Below are positions 35,409-45,696 of a DNA stretch of 64,000 nucleotides, piece by piece. This DNA is from Pseudogymnoascus verrucosus (Eukaryota), in NCBI GenBank assembly GCA_001662655.1, contig KV460244.1; one strand, 5' to 3'. A program made the translations under genes and the position numbers. The number at the start of each line of letters is the position of its first letter. The first letter of the stretch is position 1. Under the pieces are notes generated by a model, which did not search any database, was not told the origin of the DNA, and saw only the letters and a list, made by a program, of their open reading frames with translations.

Positions 35409-37095
35409 ATGTCAAAAGGGACAACAGGAATAGCTAGACATGATCTCAACGTCAACGACGTTGCCGCTACATCCGAGGTGTCTCGTCTGCTCGCTGAAGA
35501 CACAAGACCTTGGTACCAGAAAAAGAATCTAAGAACTCTTTATGCATTCTTGGTTCCGGCCGCATTAGGCGTTGAAATAACAACAGGCATGAGACTGCCT
35601 TCGAACTGGCAGATATTTCCAAAACTGACTCTGTCGTTCTAGGCTTCGATGGAAGTGTCCTTAACGGCCTCCAAGCCGTCGATAAGTGGCAATCGCATTT
35701 TGGTCACCCTACGAGCGCCACCTTGGGTCTCATCTCCGCCTCCATGGCGATCGGCTCTGTTGCTGCTGTGCCTTTTATTCCATACCTTAATGATCGTTGG
35801 GGCAGACGATTCAATGTAATTCTTGGTTCTGCTATTGTTGCCGTCGGAGTGGTCATCCAGAGTGCAGCTATCAACATCGGAATGCTTATTGCTTCACGTA
35901 CCATTATGGGCTTTGGCTTGACTGTTTGTCTATCAGGTGCTGCGCAGCTTCTAACAGAGCTGTGTTACCCCAAAGAACGCGCAAGAATTATCGGCATGTT
36001 CCAAGTATCTTGGTATATTGGCTCTATATTTGCTGCTGGTCTGACCCTAGGCACTTACGCCTGGCCATCAGATTGGAGCTGGCGTCTTCCTACAATCTTC
36101 CAGATTGTGCCATCCCTTCTTCAACTGGTTTTCATCTGGTAGGCATCCAACTTTGGATCTGGGAATCAAGTATATTCTTTACTAACACCCAATATAGGTT
36201 CATTCCGGAATCACCTCATTGGCTCATATCTCGGGACAGACATGACGAAGCATTAGCTATTTTAATCAAATATCACGGCGAGGGTGATGCGAACTCAGCA
36301 TTCGTCGCAGCAGAGTTCCTCCAGATTACAGAAACTCTACGTCTTGAGAAGGAAGCGTCATCTCGACCATGGCGCGAGTTGTTCACCACCAAGGCCAACA
36401 TTCGTCGCGTGTTGGTTGCTTTCTGTGTAGGACTCTTCTCACAATGGGCAGGAAATGGCCTTGTCAGCTACTACTTAGCCAAAGTACTGGCTACCATTGG
36501 AATCACCAACCGTCTTAAGCAACAGCAGATCAACCTTTCGCTGAGTTGTTGGAATTTGTTCACCGGTGCCACAGCTGCCATAGTTGGCACCAACTATTTC
36601 CCTCGCCGTACGCAATTGCTCGTCGGATTTGGCTCCATGTGTGTCCTCTTCTCCTGCTGGACTGCTGCGTCGGCCACATTTGCAAAGGACAACACCAATA
36701 ACTCTGCCGCTACTGGTGTTGTGGCACTGATTTTTATATATTACGCCTTCTACAACTTGATGATGCCTCTGCAGTATCTATACGTATCCGAAGTCTTTCC
36801 GTTTATTCATCGCTCTAAAGGTATTGCTATTATGCAATTGGCGAACAAAGGCGGAACTGGCTTCAATCAGTTTGTGAACCCAATCGGCCTCGACGCACTC
36901 CAGTGGAAGTATTATCTTGTTTATGTCGTCCTTCTCGCCTTTGAAACATTCACGATCTGGCTCATCTACCCTGAAACAAAGGGAGTGTCTTTGGAGGAGG
37001 TTGCTGTGGTAATGGAGGGTGATAAAGCGAATGTCGGGAGGTTTGAGAAGGAAAAGAAGGGCGCATCAGCTTATGATGATGAATATAGGCTATAA
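35409..37095 (+). CDS. MFS sugar porter, lactose permease/cellodextrin transporter-like
   Basis: TG|FDGSVLNGLQ, DRWGRR, WSWRLP, PESP, FSQWAGNGLVSYYL, FVNPIGL and PETKG motifs. Introns 35587-35642 (GC donor) and 36139-36197. Confidence 0.9.
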
Positions 37096-37255
37096 TAGAC
37101 CCTGAAGACTCGTAGCACAATCCGAGTGCTTCATATATTTCAATATATTTCTCTTTATTATTTGGTACTTCAACTTATGCAAGCAATAATGGGTGACTTG
37201 TGTTGAAAATACGAGCGTTTCCAAAGTCAGTTGCAGTCCAACCCCCCATCACGAA

Positions 37256-38235
37256 TCAAGGACCAAGAACGCCAGCTTGGAAACGAAGTCAGCTCAAAGC
37301 AATGCGACAGTCAGGGACACCAGGAAGGATAATAACTTACCAATTACAACAGCCTGCCAACCCCTCATACGATCAATCTCCTTCTTCAACATCACCAACA
37401 CCGTCACCACAACCACCGCCTCGGAGATGCCACTACCGCCTTTGTCCACCCCGTCGCCAGATGACCACTCCCCCTCAAGCGACAACTCCAACCTTCCCCC
37501 GTTCCCAGCATTCGACTTCTTCGTCCCCGGTGTACGTGTCTCTTCGCCCCTCACAAGCCTCGCAACCTGCCTTCGCTCATCCCCCACCACTCGCTCGAGA
37601 ATAAGCAGGTTATCGCATCCCTCTCCCCTTGCCTCCGCAACCCTCTTCCGCTCCTTCCGCCCGCCATACCGCCACTCAAACCTTTGGCCCCCAAACCCAA
37701 ATGCCAGAGTCCGGCTCGTCCACCGTGTCTCCATTGTGAACTCTGACCGCCCCGTCGCGTCGTCTAGGATCTCCACTACCGGATCTGCAGACGGGCCTAG
37801 TCGGTATCGCGTCGTCGCGATGGGGGTGCGCGTCTCATCGTCGGCGCGAACAAGATCGCAGTGCCCCTTTGTGCGCAGGGGGCGGATGGAGATGTAGACT
37901 GGGACTTCGCAGCGACCAGTCGCGCCAACAGTGAAGATGGGTGTCTCAAGCGTCTTTGGGGGGGTGGGAAGGGACACCATGCTGTGACCTGATGTTTGGA
38001 TTTGGAGACATGATGTGGGGGTAAAGGGGCCAGAGGTGTGGGTGATTGTAGTGGAAGAGGCGTGGGAGAGGAGGGAGGCGGAAGTGGAGGCCGCGGTTGA
38101 GGGGGCGAGGGAGGCCGTATCGAAGGGGTTCTTGGATGAGGGGGCAATGGAGGCCGCATCGAATGGATTTTGGGGATCAATGGCGGAGTAAGAGGAAAGG
38201 CGGCGAAGGCCGTTGTTGCTTTTCTTCGCGTCCAT
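37256..38235 (-). CDS. Conserved-looking fungal hypothetical protein
   Basis: 313-aa ORF with two NPFD repeats at the N-terminus and a terminal VLVMLKKEIDR helix. A likely last intron (GTAAGT...CTGAC...AAG) gives the end ...VIAGVLGP*. Confidence 0.65.
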
Positions 38236-38553
38236 TGTGCACAGATTTCTGATAGCTCTATGGGATACGCTTATGATAGAAAAATGTGCCCGGTGATAAT
38301 AGGAAATCAGAGATTGGATAGATTTGCAAATGAGTTATCGAAGAGACGAAAGAAAGCCCCAAGAGGAACCACTCACTCTATATAGACACATCTCAGAACT
38401 CAGCCTCCATCCACACAACGCCGTAAATGGCAAGTTATCCCTCCCTGACTTGAGATCTGCGAAATCCATCCATGATTGCTCTTGGCGCGATTGCCTAATA
38501 TGGAGCTGAATGCGACAACGCGACGCTAGTCTCCATCAAGTAAGTCACCTGAT

Positions 38554-39321
38554 TTATAATTTTTTGTTGCTGTGCCGACAAGTTTGTGGTGAGAGAATTC
38601 CTACTTGCCAGAGCTTCAGGTAGAAATTATGATAATATGTTACGTTCAAGGAGAGCAAAACTTGGTAGAGTAATAACATACTACCGACAAAAACCCCTCC
38701 ATGGCCCTCTATTTCATTTAGCTTCAGTGTTAATGGCCTAGAAGCTGCACAGCTATGCGTGTTGTCTATTCTCGACAATGAACCTATTTGAGAAAAGTCG
38801 CGCTCTGAAAGTTGCAGGAGTATGTCTGCTACTTGGCGGTATACGGTTTCTAGGTCGTTGTCGTCGATGTCGGACCTCAAAATTGCGCCGTGCTCAGGTT
38901 CAGGACGCCCCTCAAGAATCTTCCCGAGGGACTCGCCTTCAATAAACTCCATAATAATGAATGTTCCTAATCCCAGAGGATTATCATCTGACGTTCCCCA
39001 TGCAATGACGAGCGGAATTGGGATGCTAGTCTCTAGCTTGATAAATTGCATAGTTGCAACTTCACGTCGGGTCTTTTCATCTCCATTCATAACCTTCCCA
39101 GGTACAGCAAACCGCACTATCCATTTTACATAATCTTCAAACTGCACTTTGCAGCTCCAATTAAAGGAGCCGCATAGATCGCCGACGACTTCGCAAGGTA
39201 GGCCATTTCGGAAAGTAGACAGCCACGTAGATAGGGAGCCATCTCGAACCTTATTAAATTTTCCCAACCATGCGAGTGAATCAGCACGGTGGGAACTCTC
39301 AGCGCGATCATCCCAATCCAT
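38554..39321 (-). pseudogene. Truncated APH/phosphotransferase (kinase-like) family gene
   Basis: GSFNWSCKVQF, WIVRFAVPG, EVATMQFI, IPIPLVIAWG, FIIMEFIEG and FSQIGSL N-lobe motifs. No HxD catalytic segment found before the next gene. In-frame ATGs at 39390 and 39321. Confidence 0.65.
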
Positions 39322-39408
39322 ATCGGTGATGTCGATGCCGGTGGTTGGGACGGGATGAGTGAGTAGAACTAAACTCGGCGGTGGCGCCATAACAGAGTTC
39401 ACGATCGT

Positions 39409-40115
39409 CTATGCTGTCACCACCTCGTCTCTACCAGGGCTCATCAAACCCGTCTCATCCGTTCGCTGTTGGTCTTCACGGTTGCGCCGAATCCACCGAC
39501 GACGCGCTATAAACCGACCCGTCTCGACAACTCCGCCGAAAATGAAGAAGACGATGCGAAATCCTCTACAGTCGTGTGTATTAGCATTATCCGCTCAAAG
39601 AGGGGAGACCAGGTCTTACGATATTGTAGCTAGCAGCGCAATTGCGGCTTGGCGGTCTACATCTGTTGGGCCTCCGAACTCGGCGACTTTATCTGCGGCC
39701 TTCTGATCGGAGCGGACAATGACGACCACACTACCAACAGAGAACCCGAGGGCTACTGCGTCCATAAAAGCTGTTGACCTGGGCAAAAGGCCGCCGATCT
39801 TGTCCCTCGTGTGCCGTAGCTGGCCGACCTGTTCCCAATCGATGAATGCTGCGATAATAGACTGCGGCGTGTTAGCAAGCGTGGTATTAAATGCCCAAGC
39901 AGGTGCAGACGTACCCCCAAGCTCCCAAGGACACCACCGCCCATGTCGCCATTCTTGTATTGCGCGACACAGTAGCGGATCAGGATGGCAAAAGTCGCTA
40001 AGCTAACCAAGACAGAAATGAGCCGTAGAAACAATATGAGATTGCCGAAGTTGCGGCGGCGGCTGCGGATGAGGGTGGGGGTGGCTGGCTGTGTCTCGGG
40101 GATTAAGGGATCCAT
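39409..40115 (-). CDS. Small four-helix membrane protein (MARVEL-like topology), 3 exons
   Basis: MDPLIPET...ILFLRLISVLVSLATFAILI...GSLG|SIIAAFIDW...AVALGFSVGSVVVIV...IALLATIS|GFRIVFFIFGGVV; both introns canonical and the frame is maintained. Confidence 0.7.
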
Positions 40116-41102
40116 GGCAGCTTGATGTCTAAGGTGAGCAGCCCGCGTGTGAAAGCATAGAGATAGGGGAGTAGGAGGCAACTTTCTAAGCCTAATGTAA
40201 AAGATTGTGAGGCTGATGATGGTCGTTGTACTTGTGAGGAGCGAGGCTGATAGAACAGTCAATGCACCCCATGATCCCTGTCCTCAGCCTCAACACACAT
40301 TGAATCCACAATATCCGTTGTTGTATCTTGTCCAGGACAAGAAAAAAGGCTTGGATCTCTCACCGAAGCGTAAGGCTGGATTATAGCCGCACCTGCTTAC
40401 GGCCAATGAGCGGCTGCAAGACGAGGCCCCTTTATATCCAGATTAGGACCCTCCGCGTTCCGGAGATATTAGCTCAAGAAAGCGGGTCTCGGTGTCGTCG
40501 AGAACTAAGGATGCTTATTGGCCTAAGTGGAGATTAGTGCCACTCCGGAATGGACCGTCCCATTTGACAGCGCCGTGGGAAATCTAAAAATAATACGCTA
40601 ATATTATTGGATAAAAATACCCTGGTACTCTTAATGCGCCCCCCCATGGAGTACTATTGATGTGATAAATGCGACAATTCAGTCCAATTTCCTTTATAGC
40701 TATAATGATAAGAAGTCTTATCATGAAGCCTAGTTCTCAACATGTCTTGACATATACCAGAGTATTAGCTTGTAGATTACTTGCGCGGATCGCAGCCATG
40801 CTCTTCTGTATGCCATCGCAGCAATAGATGGTCTCGGAAACAAGTCGGTAAAGTTGTATGATATCCATGCAATTTCGAACAATTAGTAGCCCTATATCTA
40901 ATAATTTGGAGCAAATCATAAAACCCAGGATATGCAGGCTATCAGGCACTGCTCATAATAATGCAGCTACCCACGCACCCACCTTGGAGTCCATATTCGC
41001 CAGACATAGGTGTCCAGCTCGACATCCATTTCCTTCAAGCACCTCGCACTTATATGCACCATCACCATTCAAACTCCACCTCCAACTGGCCCGTTCTACG
41101 TC

Positions 41103-41735
41103 CTATTCGGTCTCCTGCTTGATATCTTGCTTGACTTCCTGCGTGGTATCCTGCTTGGTATCCTGCTCGACCTCCTTGTTGATCTTCCGCTTGGTATTCT
41201 GCTTCACCTTCCTTCCTACCGGCTCCAAACCGCCCCCCTTCTTTCCATTTGGTTCGTCACCAGGCGGATATCCCACGATCCGCAGCTTATCCACATACAT
41301 CATCTCCACATAAACTCCCGTCCGGAGCTTCACCGTGCAGTCGCGCACAACCCACCACCATTTGTTCTCAAAGTTGCGATAGTACTGGAGTCGGCCCTGT
41401 GTGTACAGAATCAGCATGGATAGCAATAATGTTATTATGTGGAAACATCTTCCACGTGGCTATGCACTTTAGAAAAATAAAAGGGAATTGTACCTTCATG
41501 TTCACAACCTCCCTCACATGCTCCGCAAATGCCTTCTTGACACTCGGCACAAAGTTCTCGAGAATTTTTGCGCCAAGATGTGGCTCAATGCGGCCAGCAC
41601 AGATGAGATCGTCGATGGTGTCGCAGAGGGTTTTGCAGATGCTGGAGTGCGTGTTAGTTTGTGCTTGCGAAAAATCGAGTAGAATCCATACCTGGTGTGA
41701 AAGTAGGCTGATGACTCTACGTCTGAAGAAGCCAT
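41103..41735 (-). CDS. Divergent TFIIA gamma (small subunit, Toa2)-like protein, 161 aa, 3 exons
   Basis: Exons 41735-41692, 41641-41494 and 41396-41103 give SICKTLCDTIDDLICAGRIEPHLGAKILENF...MK|GRLQYYRNFENKWWWVVRD...VDKLRIVG, aligning by eye with the Toa2 pattern SIGxxLxDTLDDLIxxxRIEPQLAMKILxNF...FKGHLDTYRFCDEVWTF...DKVKIV. Confidence 0.8.
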
Positions 41736-41921
41736 TGGGTCTGGTTGATTTGGAAGATGAATGATCTCAGTGAGGGAGGCAATGCGACTTGGTAGACCTG
41801 GAGGTGTGCCTGCCAAACGATGAGATTTGGGTGGCTTGGAAGCAGGTGAGCTCAGTTGAGACGGTAGAGGTTCTGGCTGGGATACGTAAACGCCACTTCC
41901 ATCAGTGATATCGCATAATTG

Positions 41922-42011
41922 GTGAAGTGTTCGTGATATATGAAGAGTTCGCGGAGTGTGGGGAGTTCGTGGTATGCGAAGATTTCTAGGTATGTGAAAA
42001 CTTCGTGACAG
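41922..42011. repeat. Degenerate 18-bp tandem repeat, 5 copies, upstream of the TFIIA-gamma-like gene
   Basis: gtgaagtgttcgtgatat / atgaagagttcgcggagt / gtggggagttcgtggtat / gcgaagatttctaggtat / gtgaaaacttcgtgacag. Confidence 0.75.
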
Positions 42012-42546
42012 AGAATTCTTCCTGAAAAGTGAAAGCTCCGTGATATACGAAGCACCGCGGTTGATGTAGATGGAATGGGCATAATATTGTCGTCCGACGG
42101 ACTGAATGGGGTTGTGGTTGGTAGAGATTGAAGAAGGAATTGTACATCCCACTGTGTATGGATTATAAAGCTTCCATTTGTGGATATTTTCGAATATATT
42201 GTTCTGTTTTGAAGTATAAATGAAGTGGGATGTTGTCATTTGGACTATGTTTCTCGTGGCAGGAGCGATGGGCTCTTTCTGCTCTTGCCATAACTTCATA
42301 TCCGGCTGGATTTAGAGCAGGAACGGTAACAACCCATCGCTCCTGCCGCAACTTGTATGTTCCTTATCTTGTTAAACGTGGTGTATGATGGTGCCTCACA
42401 TTCACTTATGCAATAGTTCGTGGCCGAGAACTATCGAAAGCCCAGCACAGCAATTCACCGCAGCGGCTTGAAATAACACTCGTGGGCGAAAATATATCCA
42501 TTGACAATCTCCGTATTATCATATACGTATATCTATTAAATCCCCA

Positions 42547-44172
42547 TCACTTCGCCCCCCTTCCCGCCAACCCCGCTGCCCTGGACATCTTTTCATTCTT
42601 CGCCACATCCCACGCCCTACTTCCCCCGCCACTCCTCGCATCTCTCTGCGCCTTCTTTTCCTCCTTCAGCGTCCTCGCCTTCTCCCTAGGATCAATCACC
42701 ACCAACTCCTCCTCCGCCTTTTTCCGATAGCTCAGATCCTTCCCTAGCTTATCCGCCTGGAACGACAGAGCATGCGACATCCACGCCCCGTCATCGTCAT
42801 CCTCCGCATCTGCGCCCTCCGTTTGCGCAGCCCACGACTTACAAGACTGGCACTCAGCGATAAAGTGCAAATCGCAGAGCGCAGCCTCCTCGTCTCCATC
42901 GCCCTCGTCTTCTTTGCTCTCCACACCCACCAGGGGCGTAGACGTCTCGACCTCCTTCTCCGGTCCTGCGCTATCAAGCTTCGCCTGAAACGCCTTCAGA
43001 ATATCCAGAGCTTGCTGGTCGGATGCCGCGCCACCTCCGCCGGGCTTGCGCTTCCGCCCTCGGATCGAAGTCGAAGGGATCATAGACTCGAGAGCGGACT
43101 TCTTAGGAGCAGCCACGGGTGCGGCGGTGACGGTACGTTTCATCGAAGCTTTGAGCTCCGCAATCTGCGCGTTGGTGCGATCGAGGAGAGAAGATACCTT
43201 CTGCACTGGCTCTGGGGAGGAGGAGGGCTCGCGGGTGACGGGGTTGGAGGGTCGTGAGGGCAGCGATTTCGGGGCTGGCGATGGCTCGGGTGACGATTCG
43301 ACAGATATGGGCTTCTTGATTATTTTTTGGGCTTTCTTTTCCGCCTTCTTCTCTAGTTTAGGTTCCGAGCTCGTCGAGGCTGCCGTGGGTTCAGCATCCA
43401 TGACGATTCGGGTGTCAAATTTGGTCTTCTTCAGCACGGGCGCCTCGTCTCCTTCCTCTTCGTCGGCACCAAAACTGAGGAGCTGTTTTGTTGGCTTTCT
43501 CTTTTTAGGCTTTGGTGCTGGTTTTTCTGATATTGTTGGGGCAGCTGTGCGTGATCTCGCAACCATGTCCTTGAACGGGTTCTCCAGCACCTCAACGCTT
43601 GTCAGCGTCACAGGGTAAATAGGCCTATTATCCTCCACCTCTGCCTCCCCAATCTTCGCCAAGTTGTATATGGTATCCCCCACAACCCTTCCAAAAAGAG
43701 TGTTCTTTCCCTGCAGCTCGGGGGTGTTCTCCAACGTCAAGAAGAACTGACTCCCATTCGTATCGGGTCCCTCGTTGGCCATCCCCAGTAAACCTCTCCT
43801 GTTATACTTCAGCCGACTGTGAAACTCGTCCTTGAAGCCGGCGCCGTGAGCCCCAGCATTCTTGCCCTTGCGCTCCTCCATCGGCCAGATCCCATTCCCC
43901 TCAGGCGGTCGCGGTTCGCCGAACGCCCCTCCATCGTATATCGATTCCCCGCCCGATCCTGTACCGGTCGGGTCACCACCTTGTAGAATGAACCCCGGCA
44001 CTAGGCGGTGGAAGATTGTGTTGTTGTAGTACCCATCGAGGCAGTGTTGCAGGAAGTTGCGGCATGTGAGGGGGACCTGTTGGGCCCAGAGCTCCAGGGA
44101 GATGTCGCCGTTCGTGGTGTGCAGGATGCATGAGGCCGTGGGTTGCGGCTCGAGGTTATATAGAGAGGACAT
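42547..44172 (-). CDS. CWC27: Spliceosome-associated cyclophilin CWC27
   Basis: MSSLYNLEPQPTA...FHRLVPGFILQGGDPTGTGSGGESIY...DEFHSRLKYNRRGLLGMAN...NGSQFFLTL, plus C-terminal WMSHAL and VIDPR motifs. Confidence 0.95.
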   Translation of the reverse strand: MSSLYNLEPQPTASCILHTTNGDISLELWAQQVPLTCRNFLQHCLDGYYNNTIFHRLVPGFILQGGDPTGTGSGGESIYDGGAFGEPRPPEGNGIWPMEERKGKNAGAHGAGFKDEFHSRLKYNRRGLLGMANEGPDTNGSQFFLTLENTPELQGKNTLFGRVVGDTIYNLAKIGEAEVEDNRPIYPVTLTSVEVLENPFKDMVARSRTAAPTISEKPAPKPKKRKPTKQLLSFGADEEEGDEAPVLKKTKFDTRIVMDAEPTAASTSSEPKLEKKAEKKAQKIIKKPISVESSPEPSPAPKSLPSRPSNPVTREPSSSPEPVQKVSSLLDRTNAQIAELKASMKRTVTAAPVAAPKKSALESMIPSTSIRGRKRKPGGGGAASDQQALDILKAFQAKLDSAGPEKEVETSTPLVGVESKEDEGDGDEEAALCDLHFIAECQSCKSWAAQTEGADAEDDDDGAWMSHALSFQADKLGKDLSYRKKAEEELVVIDPREKARTLKEEKKAQRDARSGGGSRAWDVAKNEKMSRAAGLAGRGAK

Positions 44173-44631
44173 CGCGAACGGCTATCGGCGCTTCGTACTT
44201 GTCGCGCCAGATGGTTGAAGGCTGCAATTGTCCTGTTCTTGCTCGGGGACTGAAGGTTGTCGTCAAAAAACAAGCTTGTAGCCTCATCTGCGAGGCTGTA
44301 TGAATATATCACGTGACATATATATCATAACCACAACCACATCACTTCCTGTTTATCATTTTTTGATAATAACTGAACCGTTTTAAATTTGCTATATTAT
44401 TATTCAGACAACAATTCTGGAGCTCTGATATTTTATGGCAAATCATTTCACTGATCAGACCGGGTTAACTCCTTAGTTCGGTCTGCCTGATGACTCTCAC
44501 CGGCGAGGAGGGGCTGAGCATCACCAAACCGAACCAAGCCTCAACGTTGAGTCAAGGCAAACTATATAAAGAGGCGAATCAAGAATACCTCCCAAATAGA
44601 ATAATAATCTACAAGAGAAATATCATTTTAT

Positions 44632-45264
44632 ATGAGCGCCAATATGCCTGAACAAGTGAAACCAAACGTTCCCTACCGCGAAATCCGCGCACAGTACGAC
44701 GACGATACAATCACAGTCTACCAAGCCTACTCCGCATCAATCGCCAAAGCAGCAGTAAAAGAGCAGAAACTCTCTGCCTCGCCAGACTTCTCCCTCCAGC
44801 GCATGACCTGGATCAAGCCGAGCTGGGCGTGGATGATGTACCGCTCAGGCTACGCAACCAAAGACGCACGACAATCGCACATCCTGGCGCTCAAGATGAA
44901 GCATAAGAATTTCCAGGAACTCTTGAATCTCGCCGTAGTTTGTGGGGGCGGAGCGCTGAGTGAGGAGGATAGGGCGAGGGCGGTGCGCGTGCAGTGGGAT
45001 CCGGAACGGGACCCGGCATTGGGACAACTGCCGTATCGGAGTATTCAGATTGGAATCTCGAGGGATATTAGTAAGAAGTGGTCTGAGGAGTGGATTGAGA
45101 GTATTGAGGATGTGACGGAAATGGCGACTAAGCTGAAGGAGGCGGTTGATGGCGAAAGGGAACTGGACGTTGGAGAACTCGTCAACAGGGGGCTTGTTCC
45201 CATAGAGAGGCCATATACTATTCCACAGGAGCTGAGAGAGATATTGCGGATGGATTGTGACTAG
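44632..45264 (+). CDS. DUF4291 family protein
   Basis: REIRAQYDDDTITVYQAY, RMTWIKPSWAWMMYRSGY, VRVQWDPER and RSIQIGI motifs. Confidence 0.85.
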   Translation: MSANMPEQVKPNVPYREIRAQYDDDTITVYQAYSASIAKAAVKEQKLSASPDFSLQRMTWIKPSWAWMMYRSGYATKDARQSHILALKMKHKNFQELLNLAVVCGGGALSEEDRARAVRVQWDPERDPALGQLPYRSIQIGISRDISKKWSEEWIESIEDVTEMATKLKEAVDGERELDVGELVNRGLVPIERPYTIPQELREILRMDCD

Positions 45265-45696
45265 TTTAGGCTTGAGGATAGAAATAAGGTTTATACTATC
45301 ATATTTTAAGTTTGACTAGGTGCCCCGCGTGCCTGGCCGCGGTGTGGGGTCGACAACTTTGATAAAATATATATCGGATTTCTTTAAGAACCTCGGTTCA
45401 TTTTCACGCTAGTATATACTATCAAAGAGCTAAATTTTGCGTTCCTTGCCAGTCGCTACAAAGCTATAGTTTCTTTAATCTCCGTGGCAAGAGGATCGTT
45501 CCTGCTTTGTAAAATCTGACTCACAGTGTTAGTCTAGAAATACTAAAGAGGCTAAAATAGCACTGGTGTCATAGGTAAGCATGCTAGTATTAACGGAACT
45601 GCCCAAGGTCTCATTTCCTTCCTACAACTCTATTACTTGTTTCTATGATTTTAAGCACTATCATTGACAGGCCCTTCTCTAGCCACAGACGGCGCC

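Noticed and set aside
45315..45350. Helitron-like 3' end on the minus strand (CCGCG hairpin then CTAG|T)
   Set aside because: The hairpin is short, and no matching 5' TC end or Rep/helicase remnant could be identified.
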